Numbered from the stretch's first letter, positions 38,979-48,580 are shown. The stretch: 64,000 nt of DNA from Gemmatimonas sp. (GCA_965279375.1 OZ257156.1:2016001-2080000); one strand, 5' to 3'. Numbers and translations: made by a program. Notes: generated from the sequence alone by a model not told the origin.

Positions 38979-40748
38979 TTAGCGAAGTCGGGCGAGATAC
39001 GCGCGCGCGCCGGCAAACGCGACCGGTCCGCCGCTCTCGCTGCGCATGCGGAACGTAAAGGCGCTCGAGCCGGCCGGTCGCGACAACAGGAAGTAGTTGC
39101 CCGAACCTGAGGCGGACTGTGTGGTGACTTCCGTCGGCAAGGTGGTCATGCGCAGCGGGAACACGCCGCCGTTCAGACCGGACATCGCGTCGCGCATCGC
39201 CCACGACGTGAACTGATAACGCGAGGCGAGCCCCGGGCTCGTGGTATCGCCGACCGCCGAGATCAGAAATCCGGGGAGGATCTCGGAAAAGCTCACGCGT
39301 GCTCTGGCCTCGAGGTTTGCCACATCCACCTGAGGACCCGAGACGAGCGCTCGCGTGAACGTGCTCGGTGTGGTACCTGCGTACTGATCGATCGAGTAGC
39401 GCAGCAGTGCCCACGCCGCGCCGCGCGGTGCGAGGTCGGAGATCGCCTTGCGGCTGATGGGTGAAGCCAGATCGGGGCGATTCATCCATGCGCGGAGCCG
39501 AATCAGGTTCTGCTTGAAGAACGATTCGTAATCGTCGAGATCGATGAGGACGTCGTTGAACGTCAACCGCCTCGTGACGGCGAACCCGCGCACATTCCGG
39601 CCCACGAGTTCTTCTGCAAGATGCGACAGCCCCTCGTTCATCCAGTCCGTCTCGAGCGCCACGCCAAGTCGTTGCCGCACGCCTTGATTGATCAGGTGCT
39701 GGAGCTCATGCGCGACCGTCGCACGCATGGCGCGGAACACCGTGGAAACCGTGAATCGGTTGCCGTTCACCAGGCCGTTGGGATCTGGGGTGAGCAGGTA
39801 CATGATTTCCTGCTCATTGCTCGCCGGGCAGGCGAAGCCCTGCGTGGAGACGGCGCGAGGCAGCAGGTCGGGTGACCAGAAGTACCCGCCCACGTAGCCC
39901 AGAGACCCGGCCGGCGTCAGGCGATTGATCGCCGGCGTGAAGAGCAGCACCACGCGACCATCACCGTTGATGTCGGTGGGTTCGCCAAACCACTGCACAT
40001 CCGTCGGGTGCACCACGGCGTCATACTCGCTCGCGATCGCGGAGAAATCCGCTGCGGTGAATCCATTCGGCGGCGCTGCAACATCCTGCACGATCAGGGC
40101 GCGCGTGCTGATGGCACGCACGACGGCCCGTACGGTGCTGAAGTTGTTGCACATGTTCGAAGACGAGGCGTCGCCGACGCGATAGGACAGCGTATCGCCG
40201 ACCGCGACGGCGGCGACTGCGGCCGCGGACACATTGCGTCTGCCCGCGGCTGCGAGCGCGCCGACATCGTGTCCGGCCAACAGTCGCCGCGTGGCTTCGT
40301 GGCGGCGCGCTTCTTCACGCGCGGCGAGGCCAAGCGCGTCCGTGGACACCGCAGTGTTGCTCGCATCGAGGTCATTCTGCGTGCGCTGCAAGCGCGACGT
40401 CAGCGCGCCCGCTCCCTGCTCGCCTGTCACGCGATATGTCTGCAGCTCATCCTGCGTCGACGCGGCGTTCGCCGCGATCAGCACGTACTCGGACGCGTCA
40501 GACGAGCCGGCGACGACGACGCAGCCAAGTGCGGCGCCCCCTTCCACCATCTGCACCTGTCCGCGGGTGAGCGTGCGCGGCGTGGCGCACGACGCCGGAA
40601 CGACCGGGGGCGCTGTCTGGTCGCCACACGCCGTCAGCATCGCGCCGGCTACTGCGACCACGCCTCGCAAGATCCGGTCATGAGCGAGCCGAAACGGTCG
40701 ACGTATCGGGCCGCCGGGTGCCGTGTATTGCGTAGCAGTGTCACTCAT
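38979..40748 (-). CDS. Zinc metalloprotease lipoprotein (gluzincin; M30/hyicolysin-like)
   Basis: Lipobox LTAC; DINGDGRV, VGGYF, AHELQHLIN, WMNEGLS. Confidence 0.82.
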   Translation of the reverse strand: MSDTATQYTAPGGPIRRPFRLAHDRILRGVVAVAGAMLTACGDQTAPPVVPASCATPRTLTRGQVQMVEGGAALGCVVVAGSSDASEYVLIAANAASTQDELQTYRVTGEQGAGALTSRLQRTQNDLDASNTAVSTDALGLAAREEARRHEATRRLLAGHDVGALAAAGRRNVSAAAVAAVAVGDTLSYRVGDASSSNMCNNFSTVRAVVRAISTRALIVQDVAAPPNGFTAADFSAIASEYDAVVHPTDVQWFGEPTDINGDGRVVLLFTPAINRLTPAGSLGYVGGYFWSPDLLPRAVSTQGFACPASNEQEIMYLLTPDPNGLVNGNRFTVSTVFRAMRATVAHELQHLINQGVRQRLGVALETDWMNEGLSHLAEELVGRNVRGFAVTRRLTFNDVLIDLDDYESFFKQNLIRLRAWMNRPDLASPISRKAISDLAPRGAAWALLRYSIDQYAGTTPSTFTRALVSGPQVDVANLEARARVSFSEILPGFLISAVGDTTSPGLASRYQFTSWAMRDAMSGLNGGVFPLRMTTLPTEVTTQSASGSGNYFLLSRPAGSSAFTFRMRSESGGPVAFAGARAYLARLR

Positions 40749-40898
40749 GAGCGCGCTGTCACCTGCGGATCGCCGAGCGCACCATGCGCCGTGGACGTGA
40801 TCGCAGAAGGTGCCGGTTCGACACTGCGACAGACAGGCGCGTGGCGTATCACTTTCACCACGTCTCGGTATCGGCGACGGATTGGCCGCGGAGCTAAG

Positions 40899-40942
40899 GC
40901 GAGTTCGCGTGAAACGCGATCGGCAAGTTCAGGGCGAAGTAG
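40899..40942 (+). repeat. Degenerate copy of the enoyl-CoA hydratase 3' end (15531-15574)
   Basis: 32/44 nt identical, ungapped, same terminal TAG. Confidence 0.7.
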
Positions 40943-40960
40943 GAGCGCGTCGAACGGCCG

Positions 40961-41167
40961 TTACGCTGCGCTCGCGTCGATCTCTTCGATGCGGACATGT
41001 GGAAATCGCGCCGTGGTGGCAGCGTGCTCGATCGTCATGCTGACGAGATTGCCGTGTTTGTCCAGGTCGACGTACACGTTCTCTGTAATCTCGCGCGTCT
41101 CCTCGACGATTTCGTCGGAGAATTGCAGCAGTGCCGTGTCCGTGTCTTTGAAGTATTTGACGTTCAT
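40961..41167 (-). CDS. DUF2283-like putative antitoxin
   Basis: MNVKYFKDTDTALLQF...VDLDKHGNLVSMTIEHA; acidic, 68 aa. Confidence 0.8.
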   Translation of the reverse strand: MNVKYFKDTDTALLQFSDEIVEETREITENVYVDLDKHGNLVSMTIEHAATTARFPHVRIEEIDASAA

Positions 41168-41400
41168 GGCGTGAACCTGCGGTCGAAAAATGCGTTGTGT
41201 ATGGTCTCGCCGTCGGGCAACAGGACAACGCGGAGGTAGCGGCGCTCTGCTGGAATGTATGCCCAGCGTCGGATTCGACCATCCCCTTGCACGGCCTCCG
41301 CCAGAGGTTGCGTCACGGCGAGGAGAATCCACTCGTCGATAATGCGATCACGATCGGGCCGTCGCCGAACGTGCTGGAAGTAATCGGTGACCCTGAGAAT
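41164..41400 (-). CDS. Small putative toxin partner of DUF2283; apparent ATT start; not in ORF track
   Basis: 78 aa ILRVTDYFQHVRRRPDR...DGRIRRW...YLRVVLLPDGETIHNAFFDRRFTP; ATGA overlap with antitoxin. Confidence 0.7.
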   Translation of the reverse strand: MLRVTDYFQHVRRRPDRDRIIDEWILLAVTQPLAEAVQGDGRIRRWAYIPAERRYLRVVLLPDGETIHNAFFDRRFTP

Positions 41401-41438
41401 GGTTCGGCTCCGGTTACGGCTGTGCGCGGACCCGTTCT

Positions 41439-41876
41439 CTAGATCGCCGAGATGAGTTCGAACGCATCGGTGCCGTTGGCAATCGCGTCCGTCGGAATGC
41501 GCCTGTCGAACGTGGCGAGTTTCGCGTGGTGCTGTTGCGCGAGTCGCAGCAGGTAGATGTCCGTGAGTGTCGATGGCGTGAGTCGCTCCGGCCTGATCAC
41601 GCTGTCGTCGAGCAGCGTGATGTCGTCGGCCACGAACACATGGCGTGTGTGCTGCGTGAACTCGCGCAGCAGTTCGCGGACCGCGCTGACGGTGCCAAGC
41701 GAATTCGGATACGACGGGAGCCCCGCGATACGCAGCACGCCGTTTTGTACGATGGGGCAGGTGAGCCAGTGCGTGTCACCGCTCGATTCGGCCCAGCGAT
41801 GCGCGGCGTCGTGGAACACGTGTCGCGGGTCGAGGAGGGCCAGCACGACATTCACGTCCAGCAGGAAGCGTGTCAT
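41439..41876 (-). CDS. vapC: VapC PIN-domain toxin
   Basis: LLDVNVVLAL..P.H.FH, LTDIYLL.LA, LATFD. Confidence 0.9.
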   Translation of the reverse strand: MTRFLLDVNVVLALLDPRHVFHDAAHRWAESSGDTHWLTCPIVQNGVLRIAGLPSYPNSLGTVSAVRELLREFTQHTRHVFVADDITLLDDSVIRPERLTPSTLTDIYLLRLAQQHHAKLATFDRRIPTDAIANGTDAFELISAI

Positions 41877-41886
41877 GCGCTCGCGC

Positions 41887-42126
41887 TCACTCGCTGTCGG
41901 CCAGCAGTCGGGCGATGTGCTCGGGTGTCACCGGACCGCTGTCTGCGCCGACGGGGAAGAGCCGGATCCCGTTGCGTGTGCGCGCGGTCTCCCCGCTGGA
42001 CGTCGCCGCGGCCAGTCCGCGCCGAGCCAGGTCGGACACGACCTCGCCGATGGAGACGCCGCGGGCCTCCGATAGGCGACGAGCGGCGTCGAGGACGTCA
42101 TTGTCGAGTGTGAGAGTGGTACGCAT
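41887..42126 (-). CDS. vapB: VapB ribbon-helix-helix antitoxin
   Basis: MRTTLTLDNDVL.AAR...SIGEVVSDLARRGL; directly upstream of vapC. Confidence 0.85.
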   Translation of the reverse strand: MRTTLTLDNDVLDAARRLSEARGVSIGEVVSDLARRGLAAATSSGETARTRNGIRLFPVGADSGPVTPEHIARLLADSE

Positions 42127-42308
42127 GACATCAAACATCACGCATCTCGCATCGGTGGTCAAGTTTGTCGATCGCGGAAGCGGAGCGGGCAGCCCCGGTG
42201 CACGTGGCTCCGTGACACGCGGTCCAACATGTCGACTTCCGTTCCCCGTCCCTCACCGAATCGCCGCTGGCCTGTCCATTTCGACGCCCCGCGCCAAGAT
42301 TCGGCGCA

Positions 42309-45300
42309 ATGACCAGTCTGCCCTTGGGATCGCCCGCGACACCCGCTCCGGCCACCGCCGAACTCGCCCCCGACACCGTCCGCCGCCTGCGTGAGCTGGC
42401 CGCCCGTTGGGCCGACGTCGGCGCGGCCGAGCGCGCCAACTACCAGCTCTACCTCATCGAGCTGTGCGACGCGATCGGCGTCCCCCGCCCGAAGCCGGCC
42501 GCGACCGGCGACCGGGTCGCCGACAGCTCCGCGTACCAGTTCGAGTTCGCGATCAAAACCACCACGCGCGACGGGGCGATCGCCACGAACTACATCGATC
42601 TGTACAAGGCGGGGTGCTTTGCGCTGGAGGCGAAGGACTCCGACGACGGGACCACGACCACAAGATTGCTGACCAAGGCCTTTGGGCAGGTGTCCAACTA
42701 CGCCAAGGATCTGCCGGAGCGTCCGCCGTACATCATCGTGCTGGATGTCGGTAAGACGATGATTGTGTGGGATCGCTGGTCGGGGTCGTACGGCGGCTAC
42801 CACCTGGGCACGCGCATCGACCTGCGTGCGCTGGACTCCAGTGCCTCTAACGTTGCGTTGCTGCGCGACATCTGGACCGAACCGGCGGTGCGCGACCCTC
42901 GGCGGCACGCACAAAAAATCACGGTGGAGATTGCGGGGCTGCTGGCCGAACTCGCGGCCACACTCGAACAGCGCGGACACGATCCGGAACGCGTGGCGCG
43001 GTTTCTGATTCGTTGCGTGTTCTCGATGTTTGCCGAAGACGTGAAGCTGTTGCCCGACGCGTCGTTCAAGAATCTGCTGCACGCCGTTGCCGACGGTGGC
43101 CCCGATGCGTTTGTGGAGGCCGCCCAGGATCTATGGAGAGCAATGGATGTGGGCGGACGCTTTGGTTATCACCGCCTGCTGCGCTTCAACGGCCATTTCT
43201 TTGCCAACGCCGAGGCGTTGCCGCTCGAGCGTGCCGAACTAGAGCTGTTGCGCCGTGCGGCAGACGCTGACTGGAGCGCGGTCGAGCCGTCGATCTTTGG
43301 TACGCTGCTCGTTCGTGCACTCTCGGCCGAAGAACGGCACCGGCTGGGCGCGGAGTACACGCCGCGTGATTTCATCGAGCGGCTGGTGCGGCCGACGGTG
43401 GAAGAGCCTGTGCGCGAGCGGTGGACGGCGGTGCAGGCGGAGGTGCTGCAGCTGCGCGAGCGCGCACGACCCACGGATATTCGCGCGGCTGAAACGCGAC
43501 TGCTGGAGTTTCACGCGTGGCTACGTGGACTGCAGATTCTCGATCCGGCGTGCGGGAGCGGCAACTTTCTGTACGTGACGATGCATGCGCTCAAGCGCGT
43601 GGAAGTGGAAGTGTTCCGCTTGCTGGCCGACGTGCAGGGCGGGCAGACGAGCGTGCGCATGGCGGAGATCGATCCGGGGCAGTTTCACGGTATCGAGGTG
43701 AAGGCGTGGGCGCGCGAAATCGCCGAGCTGACGTTGTGGATTGGCTTCCATCAGTTCTGGCGGCAGCAGCATGGTGATGTACAGCCTGACGAACCGTTGC
43801 TGCGCGACACGGGCACGCTGGAGCATCGCGACGCCGTGCTGGCGTGGGACAGCATTCGGCATGTGCCGGAGAAGGACCGGCCGGACCCGACGCCGCGCAT
43901 TGTGCATCCGGTAACGGGGCAGTTGGTGCCGGATCCGAACGCGAAGCTCAAGTACATGGAGTACGTGGGGGCCAGAGCGGCTGAGTGGCCGCAGGCGGAT
44001 TTCATTGTGGGGAATCCGCCGTATTTGGGTAATAAGCGAATGCGCGAGGCGTTTGGCGACGGGTATGTCGATGCGCTGCGTGGCGCGTACTCGGACGTTC
44101 CGGATAGCATCGACTTCGTGATGTACTGGTGGGTTCGTGCAGCGCGCGAGGTCGCCGTTCGTCGGACGATTCGTGCGGGACTGATCACGACCAATTCTAT
44201 CACGCAGACCTTTCATCAGCCGCTTCTTGCCGAAGCCGCGAGCATAGGTGCTCAGATCGTCTGGGCCGCTCCGGATCATCCTTGGGCAGATGGATCAGAT
44301 GCTGCTGCGGTTCGAGTCGCGATGACTGTACTCGCGCGTGGAATCACATTCGCTACAAGGGTCGACGTGGACGAGCGCGGAGCTGTCGTTCTCTCGCGTC
44401 AAGTCTCGCGGTTGAACTCAGACCTGTCCGCGGACGCCGACGTGCCAACCGCGGCAAGTGTTCCGCTGCGGTCGAATGGTGGATGCTCTTGTCGTGGAGT
44501 GACGCTTGTTGGTGCCGGCTTCCTAATTGACCGCAGATGAAGCGTCGTCGCTCGTAAGGTCTGATCCAAGCAACTCAGAGGTGATCCGTGCCTATAGAAA
44601 TGGACGTGACCTCATGGCGCGAGGAAGAGACGTATACGTCATCGATTTTGCAATGAAGTCGGAAAACGAGGCACGTCACTTCGCTGTGCCCTTTGACTTG
44701 GTGCGGTCACGAGTGAAGCCTGAACGCGACGGAATGCGCCGCGATTCACGGCGGAAGTACTGGTGGAGGTTCGGCGAACCCAATCCGAAACTTCGGAGGT
44801 TGGTGGCCGACTTGACTCGGTACATCGCGACGCCCTATGTGGCAAAGCATCGCCCCTTCATGTTCTTGGATGCTCGAACCGCACCGGACGACAAAGTAGT
44901 AGTGGTTGGCTCAGACCAAGCATGGATTCTCGGTGTGCTCTCTTCCGCGATTCATGGTGGGTGGGCGCTGGCTGCAGGCTCACTTCTCGAGGATCGACCG
45001 ACCTACAACAATCCACGCTGCTTCGACCCCTTCCCCTTCCCCGACCCTCCCGCCGCTCTCCGCGCACAAATCGCCACCCTCGCCGAGTCCCTCGACGCAC
45101 ACCGCGCCGCCGCCATCGCGCGTGACGAACGCGTCACCATGACCGGCATGTACAACGTCGTCGAGAAGCTCCGCTCCGGCGACCAGCTCACACCCAAAGA
45201 ACGCACCGTCCACGAACTCGCGGCCTGCGGCATTCTGCGCGACATGCACGATCAACTCGACGCGCTCGTCGCCGAGGCGTACGGATGGTCGTGGCCGCTC

Positions 45301-45687
45301 TCCACGGAGGAGATTCTCGACAAGCTCGTCGCGCTGCACGACGTGCGCGTGGCCGAGGAGGCGCAGGGGATCGTGCGCTGGCTGCGTCCGGAGTTTCAGG
45401 CGCCGCAGTCGGCTATGGCTGCTCCCGTCGCTGAACTGGCGCTGACAACCAACGTGAGCGCCGCTGCTGCTGTCGCCGAGCCCACGCCTTGGCCGGCGCA
45501 GGCCATCGAACAGATCTCGGCGCTCAAGCGTCTCGTCACCACACACACCCTGAGCGTCGACGATGCCATGCAGCAGTTCAGCGGCGCCAGACGCGAGCTT
45601 GTGGAGCGGCATCTGGAAACGCTCGCCATTCTGGGCGAGGTGCGCGTGGTGGAATCGGGGCGGTACAGCGCGGTGGCAGCGTTCTGA
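42309..45687 (+). pseudogene. MmeI-like (type IIL/IIG) restriction-modification enzyme, split by a frameshift near 44526
   Basis: IDLYK..FALEAK nuclease, DPACGSGNF, GNPPY, LITTNSI; second frame has F.PFPFP and H..LD.LV..AYGW. Confidence 0.85.
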
Positions 45688-45773
45688 GGCGGGGCGAGCC
45701 GACTATCTCTGCGGTGTCTCCGCGGTGCGCCCCAATGCCATTCGCGCCGGGATCCGGTCCGACCTCTTGAATT

Positions 45774-45802
45774 TTGACTAGTCTGACCAGAATTAGTAGT
45801 TT
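45774..45802 (+). promoter_or_regulatory. sigma70-type promoter and probable operator of the phd-vapC pair
   Basis: TTGACT-N17-TAGTTT, 6 nt before ATG; overlapping GACTAGTC palindrome and TGACYAG direct repeat. Confidence 0.65.
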
Positions 45803-45808
45803 CCGGTC

Positions 45809-46099
45809 ATGCCAGACGAATACTCCATCTACGACGCCAAAGCCAAGCTCTCCGCGCTCGTGCGGCAGGTGCGCGAAGGGCAGACCTTCGTGATCACCGT
45901 CCACGGCGAGCCGGTAGCCGAACTGCGTCCGATCGAAAAGCCCGAGCGCAAACAGACGCTCGAGGAGCGTGTCGCGGAGCTGACCGCCCGCGGCGAGATC
46001 ACGCCGTCCAAGCTCAAGCCTGGTGAGCGGCCGAGCTTCCCCATCGGATCGACGCACATACCCGGTGCGTTGCAGCGCTTTCTGGACGAGCGCGATTGA
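45809..46099 (+). CDS. Phd/YefM family antitoxin
   Basis: IYDAKAKLSALV..V..G..VITVHGEPVAEL.P. Confidence 0.88.
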   Translation: MPDEYSIYDAKAKLSALVRQVREGQTFVITVHGEPVAELRPIEKPERKQTLEERVAELTARGEITPSKLKPGERPSFPIGSTHIPGALQRFLDERD

Positions 46100-46476
46100 G
46101 GAGCGCATTCGTCGATACGTCGGCGCTCCTGTCATTGGCACTGGCTGAGGTGACCGCGGTGGAAGTTGGTGGTCGGCTTGCTGTGTTCGACCGTGTTCGA
46201 GCATCGGATCTGCTTGTGGCGGAACTCAGGAGCGCCTGCAAGCGTGACGGAATCGCTGTTGACCAACGGTTGATCGACAGTCTGGACGTGGTATTGCCGC
46301 GGCGATCGCTCGGCCCGGAAATCGCCCGCGTCCTCGACGTTGGCTACGTGCGTGGCGCCGACTGCTGGCATCTGGCGACGGCGCTGTATCTCGCGCCCGA
46401 TCCCGCCGAACTCACCTTCCTCACGCTCGACCTGCGACAACGCGACGTCGCCCGGGCGCTAGGCTTCATGGTCTGA
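46096..46476 (+). CDS. vapC: PIN-domain toxin
   Basis: FVDTSALL, RGADCWHLATA, FLTLD.RQ..A..LG; TTGA overlap. Confidence 0.85.
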   Translation: MRSAFVDTSALLSLALAEVTAVEVGGRLAVFDRVRASDLLVAELRSACKRDGIAVDQRLIDSLDVVLPRRSLGPEIARVLDVGYVRGADCWHLATALYLAPDPAELTFLTLDLRQRDVARALGFMV

Positions 46477-46565
46477 CCACCGCCAGCAGTGCAGCGACAC
46501 GCCGTACGGCACGCGGCGCGGCGCATGACGGTACGTTCTGCTTCCTCCTCAACTGGACCCTGCCC

Positions 46566-47069
46566 ATGCTGCGCCCTCGATCGTCGCCAACACGCTCGCG
46601 CGCCGTCGTGCTCGCGGCCGCTCTTCTCGTGGCCGCCTGCGGCCCCAAGGATTCCGATGTGCAGCTGGGCGTGAATGCGGCGCTCGTCGACGCGCCCGGC
46701 ATCACGGCGAGCGTGACCGATGGTGTGGTAACACTCGCCGGCGCCTACGCTGACAGTGCGACGGCGTCCGCGACCGAAGCGAAGGTCAAGGCACTGCGAG
46801 GCGTGAAGTCGGTGGTCGTCACGACCACGGTGACGCCGCCTCCACCGCCGGCGCCGGCGCCGGCGCCCGTCGTTCTCTCGCCGGATGATGCGATGCTCAA
46901 CGAGGTCGCCGGTGTGCTCGCCAACTTCCCGACGCTCTCCGCGTCGGTGGCCAGCGGCGTCATCACGGTGACGGGCGAGATTGCCAAGGCCGATGTGTCC
47001 GCGATGATGCAGGCGCTGTCTGCACTGCACCCGAAGAAGATCGACAACCAGGCGCGCATCAAGAAGTAG
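46566..47069 (+). CDS. BON-domain lipoprotein
   Basis: Lipobox VAAC; VTDGVVTLAG..GVKSV; second BON-like half. Confidence 0.8.
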   Translation: MLRPRSSPTRSRAVVLAAALLVAACGPKDSDVQLGVNAALVDAPGITASVTDGVVTLAGAYADSATASATEAKVKALRGVKSVVVTTTVTPPPPPAPAPAPVVLSPDDAMLNEVAGVLANFPTLSASVASGVITVTGEIAKADVSAMMQALSALHPKKIDNQARIKK

Positions 47070-47106
47070 CGTCGGCTGTGCGGACGATTCGCCCACTATT
47101 TGCGCA

Positions 47107-48396
47107 CTATTGCGCGAGCAGCTTGCGATAGGCCGCCAACGCCTCGGGACCTTCGGTGACCACGCGAAACGGATCGGTGCTTTTGACGGCCGGTCCGCCG
47201 ATGCCCCAGCTGAAAATCGTCACGAGCGCCGCGCCGTGATTGAAGTGGCGCGCGAGATACGTCTCCATCGACATCTTCGAACTGCCCGCAGCGCTCCCGG
47301 GAATGACGTTCGTGCCCTCCGATGACGCCCACGCGGGTGCGCCGCGCCGTGCGCGCTCCTCTTCGATCTGCTCGAATACGCCGACCACGGGATACGTGCT
47401 GAACCCGGGGCGAGCGTTGGCATCAAACGCGACGGACGGTCGCTGGGAACTTGGTGCGAGATCGAGCGCCGTCTCGTACGTGACGCCCGACGGCACGGAG
47501 AGCGTTGCGAAATACGCGCGACTGACGAACGCGACATGCGTGTAAATGCGCGTGCGATCAATCCCCGCCTGCGCGAGTCCGCTGGTCCACAGCCCGATGA
47601 ATTCGCCAACGATCGATGCGATCTCCGCACTCACATCGGTCGGTGGTCGATTGGGTCCGAAGCCACGATTGCTGAGCGCGTGAAAGCCGACGCGGTTCTT
47701 CGTGACCACGTCCTGCCCCATGTGTGTTTCCCAGCCAGCGATCACGCCAGCAAACTGCGATTCCTTGCCCTGTGCCTTGAGCGCGGTCACGTGCGAAGCA
47801 ATCGCGGCGCCGATCACGTCGCGTGCGCGACGCGTGACCTCGGCGCGGATCCTCGGCGCGTTGAAGCACATCTTTGCTGGCGGATTGGCCCACGTCAAAA
47901 GCAGTCCGTTGCTGCGGCTTCCAGAGAAATCCGTCCACTCGACGTTGTCCGGATCGTTGATCAGGTCCGTACGCTTGCTCCAGAACATCGAGTCGTCGAT
48001 GTGGAAGCCGACCGCGATGTTCTCCGCCGCGGCGATGGCGAATCCGTCATCGATGATCCGTCGCACTTCGTCGTCGGTGTGATCGAAGGAAATAGGACCC
48101 AGCATCAAGGCCAGCTTCGTGCGTGCGCCGCCCTTCACGCCAATGGTCGTGACGATGTCGTGCACCACGGCGGCGATCCGATCGCGAGGCGTGTACACCA
48201 TGGCCCGATCAAACGGGATGGCGGGATCCGGTCCGCCTTCGAAGACCTGAAACGCGAGATAGCGAGTCTCGATTCCAGCGAGAGGTTTGAGCGCTTCCGT
48301 GGTTGGCAACGTCGACGCCACACCGGACGGTTGCGATGCGCCGCAGGCGGTCCCCAGCAGTGCAGCACTCAGCGTCGACAGCAGGGACATTCGCAT
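47107..48396 (-). CDS. Hypothetical lipoprotein, possibly glycoside-hydrolase-like barrel
   Basis: Lipobox GTAC; alternating alpha/beta pattern; no family recognised. Confidence 0.6.
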   Translation of the reverse strand: MRMSLLSTLSAALLGTACGASQPSGVASTLPTTEALKPLAGIETRYLAFQVFEGGPDPAIPFDRAMVYTPRDRIAAVVHDIVTTIGVKGGARTKLALMLGPISFDHTDDEVRRIIDDGFAIAAAENIAVGFHIDDSMFWSKRTDLINDPDNVEWTDFSGSRSNGLLLTWANPPAKMCFNAPRIRAEVTRRARDVIGAAIASHVTALKAQGKESQFAGVIAGWETHMGQDVVTKNRVGFHALSNRGFGPNRPPTDVSAEIASIVGEFIGLWTSGLAQAGIDRTRIYTHVAFVSRAYFATLSVPSGVTYETALDLAPSSQRPSVAFDANARPGFSTYPVVGVFEQIEEERARRGAPAWASSEGTNVIPGSAAGSSKMSMETYLARHFNHGAALVTIFSWGIGGPAVKSTDPFRVVTEGPEALAAYRKLLAQ

Positions 48397-48580
48397 GGGC
48401 TGGCTCTGTGTTGGGGAGAGAAGGCCTCGTCGGATGGGGTCACTACGGCACCGAAATCAGTCCGGTGTCCGCAGGCGCTCAGCACCACCTAGAGGCTGTA
48501 TCTGGCCGTTACTTTGCTCGGGTGAAACCGGGTGAACTCAGAATCCGTCGTGGATCGCACCTTCACCCCGTCCCTCACCC

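Noticed and set aside
15598..40748. Cellulosome or Bacteroidetes-type type V pilus as the identity of the island
   Set aside because: No CAZyme motifs and no recognisable pilin similarity; kept only as analogies
42159..43082. Minus-strand 307-aa ORF upstream of vapB
   Set aside because: Antisense to the MmeI-like gene; no motifs
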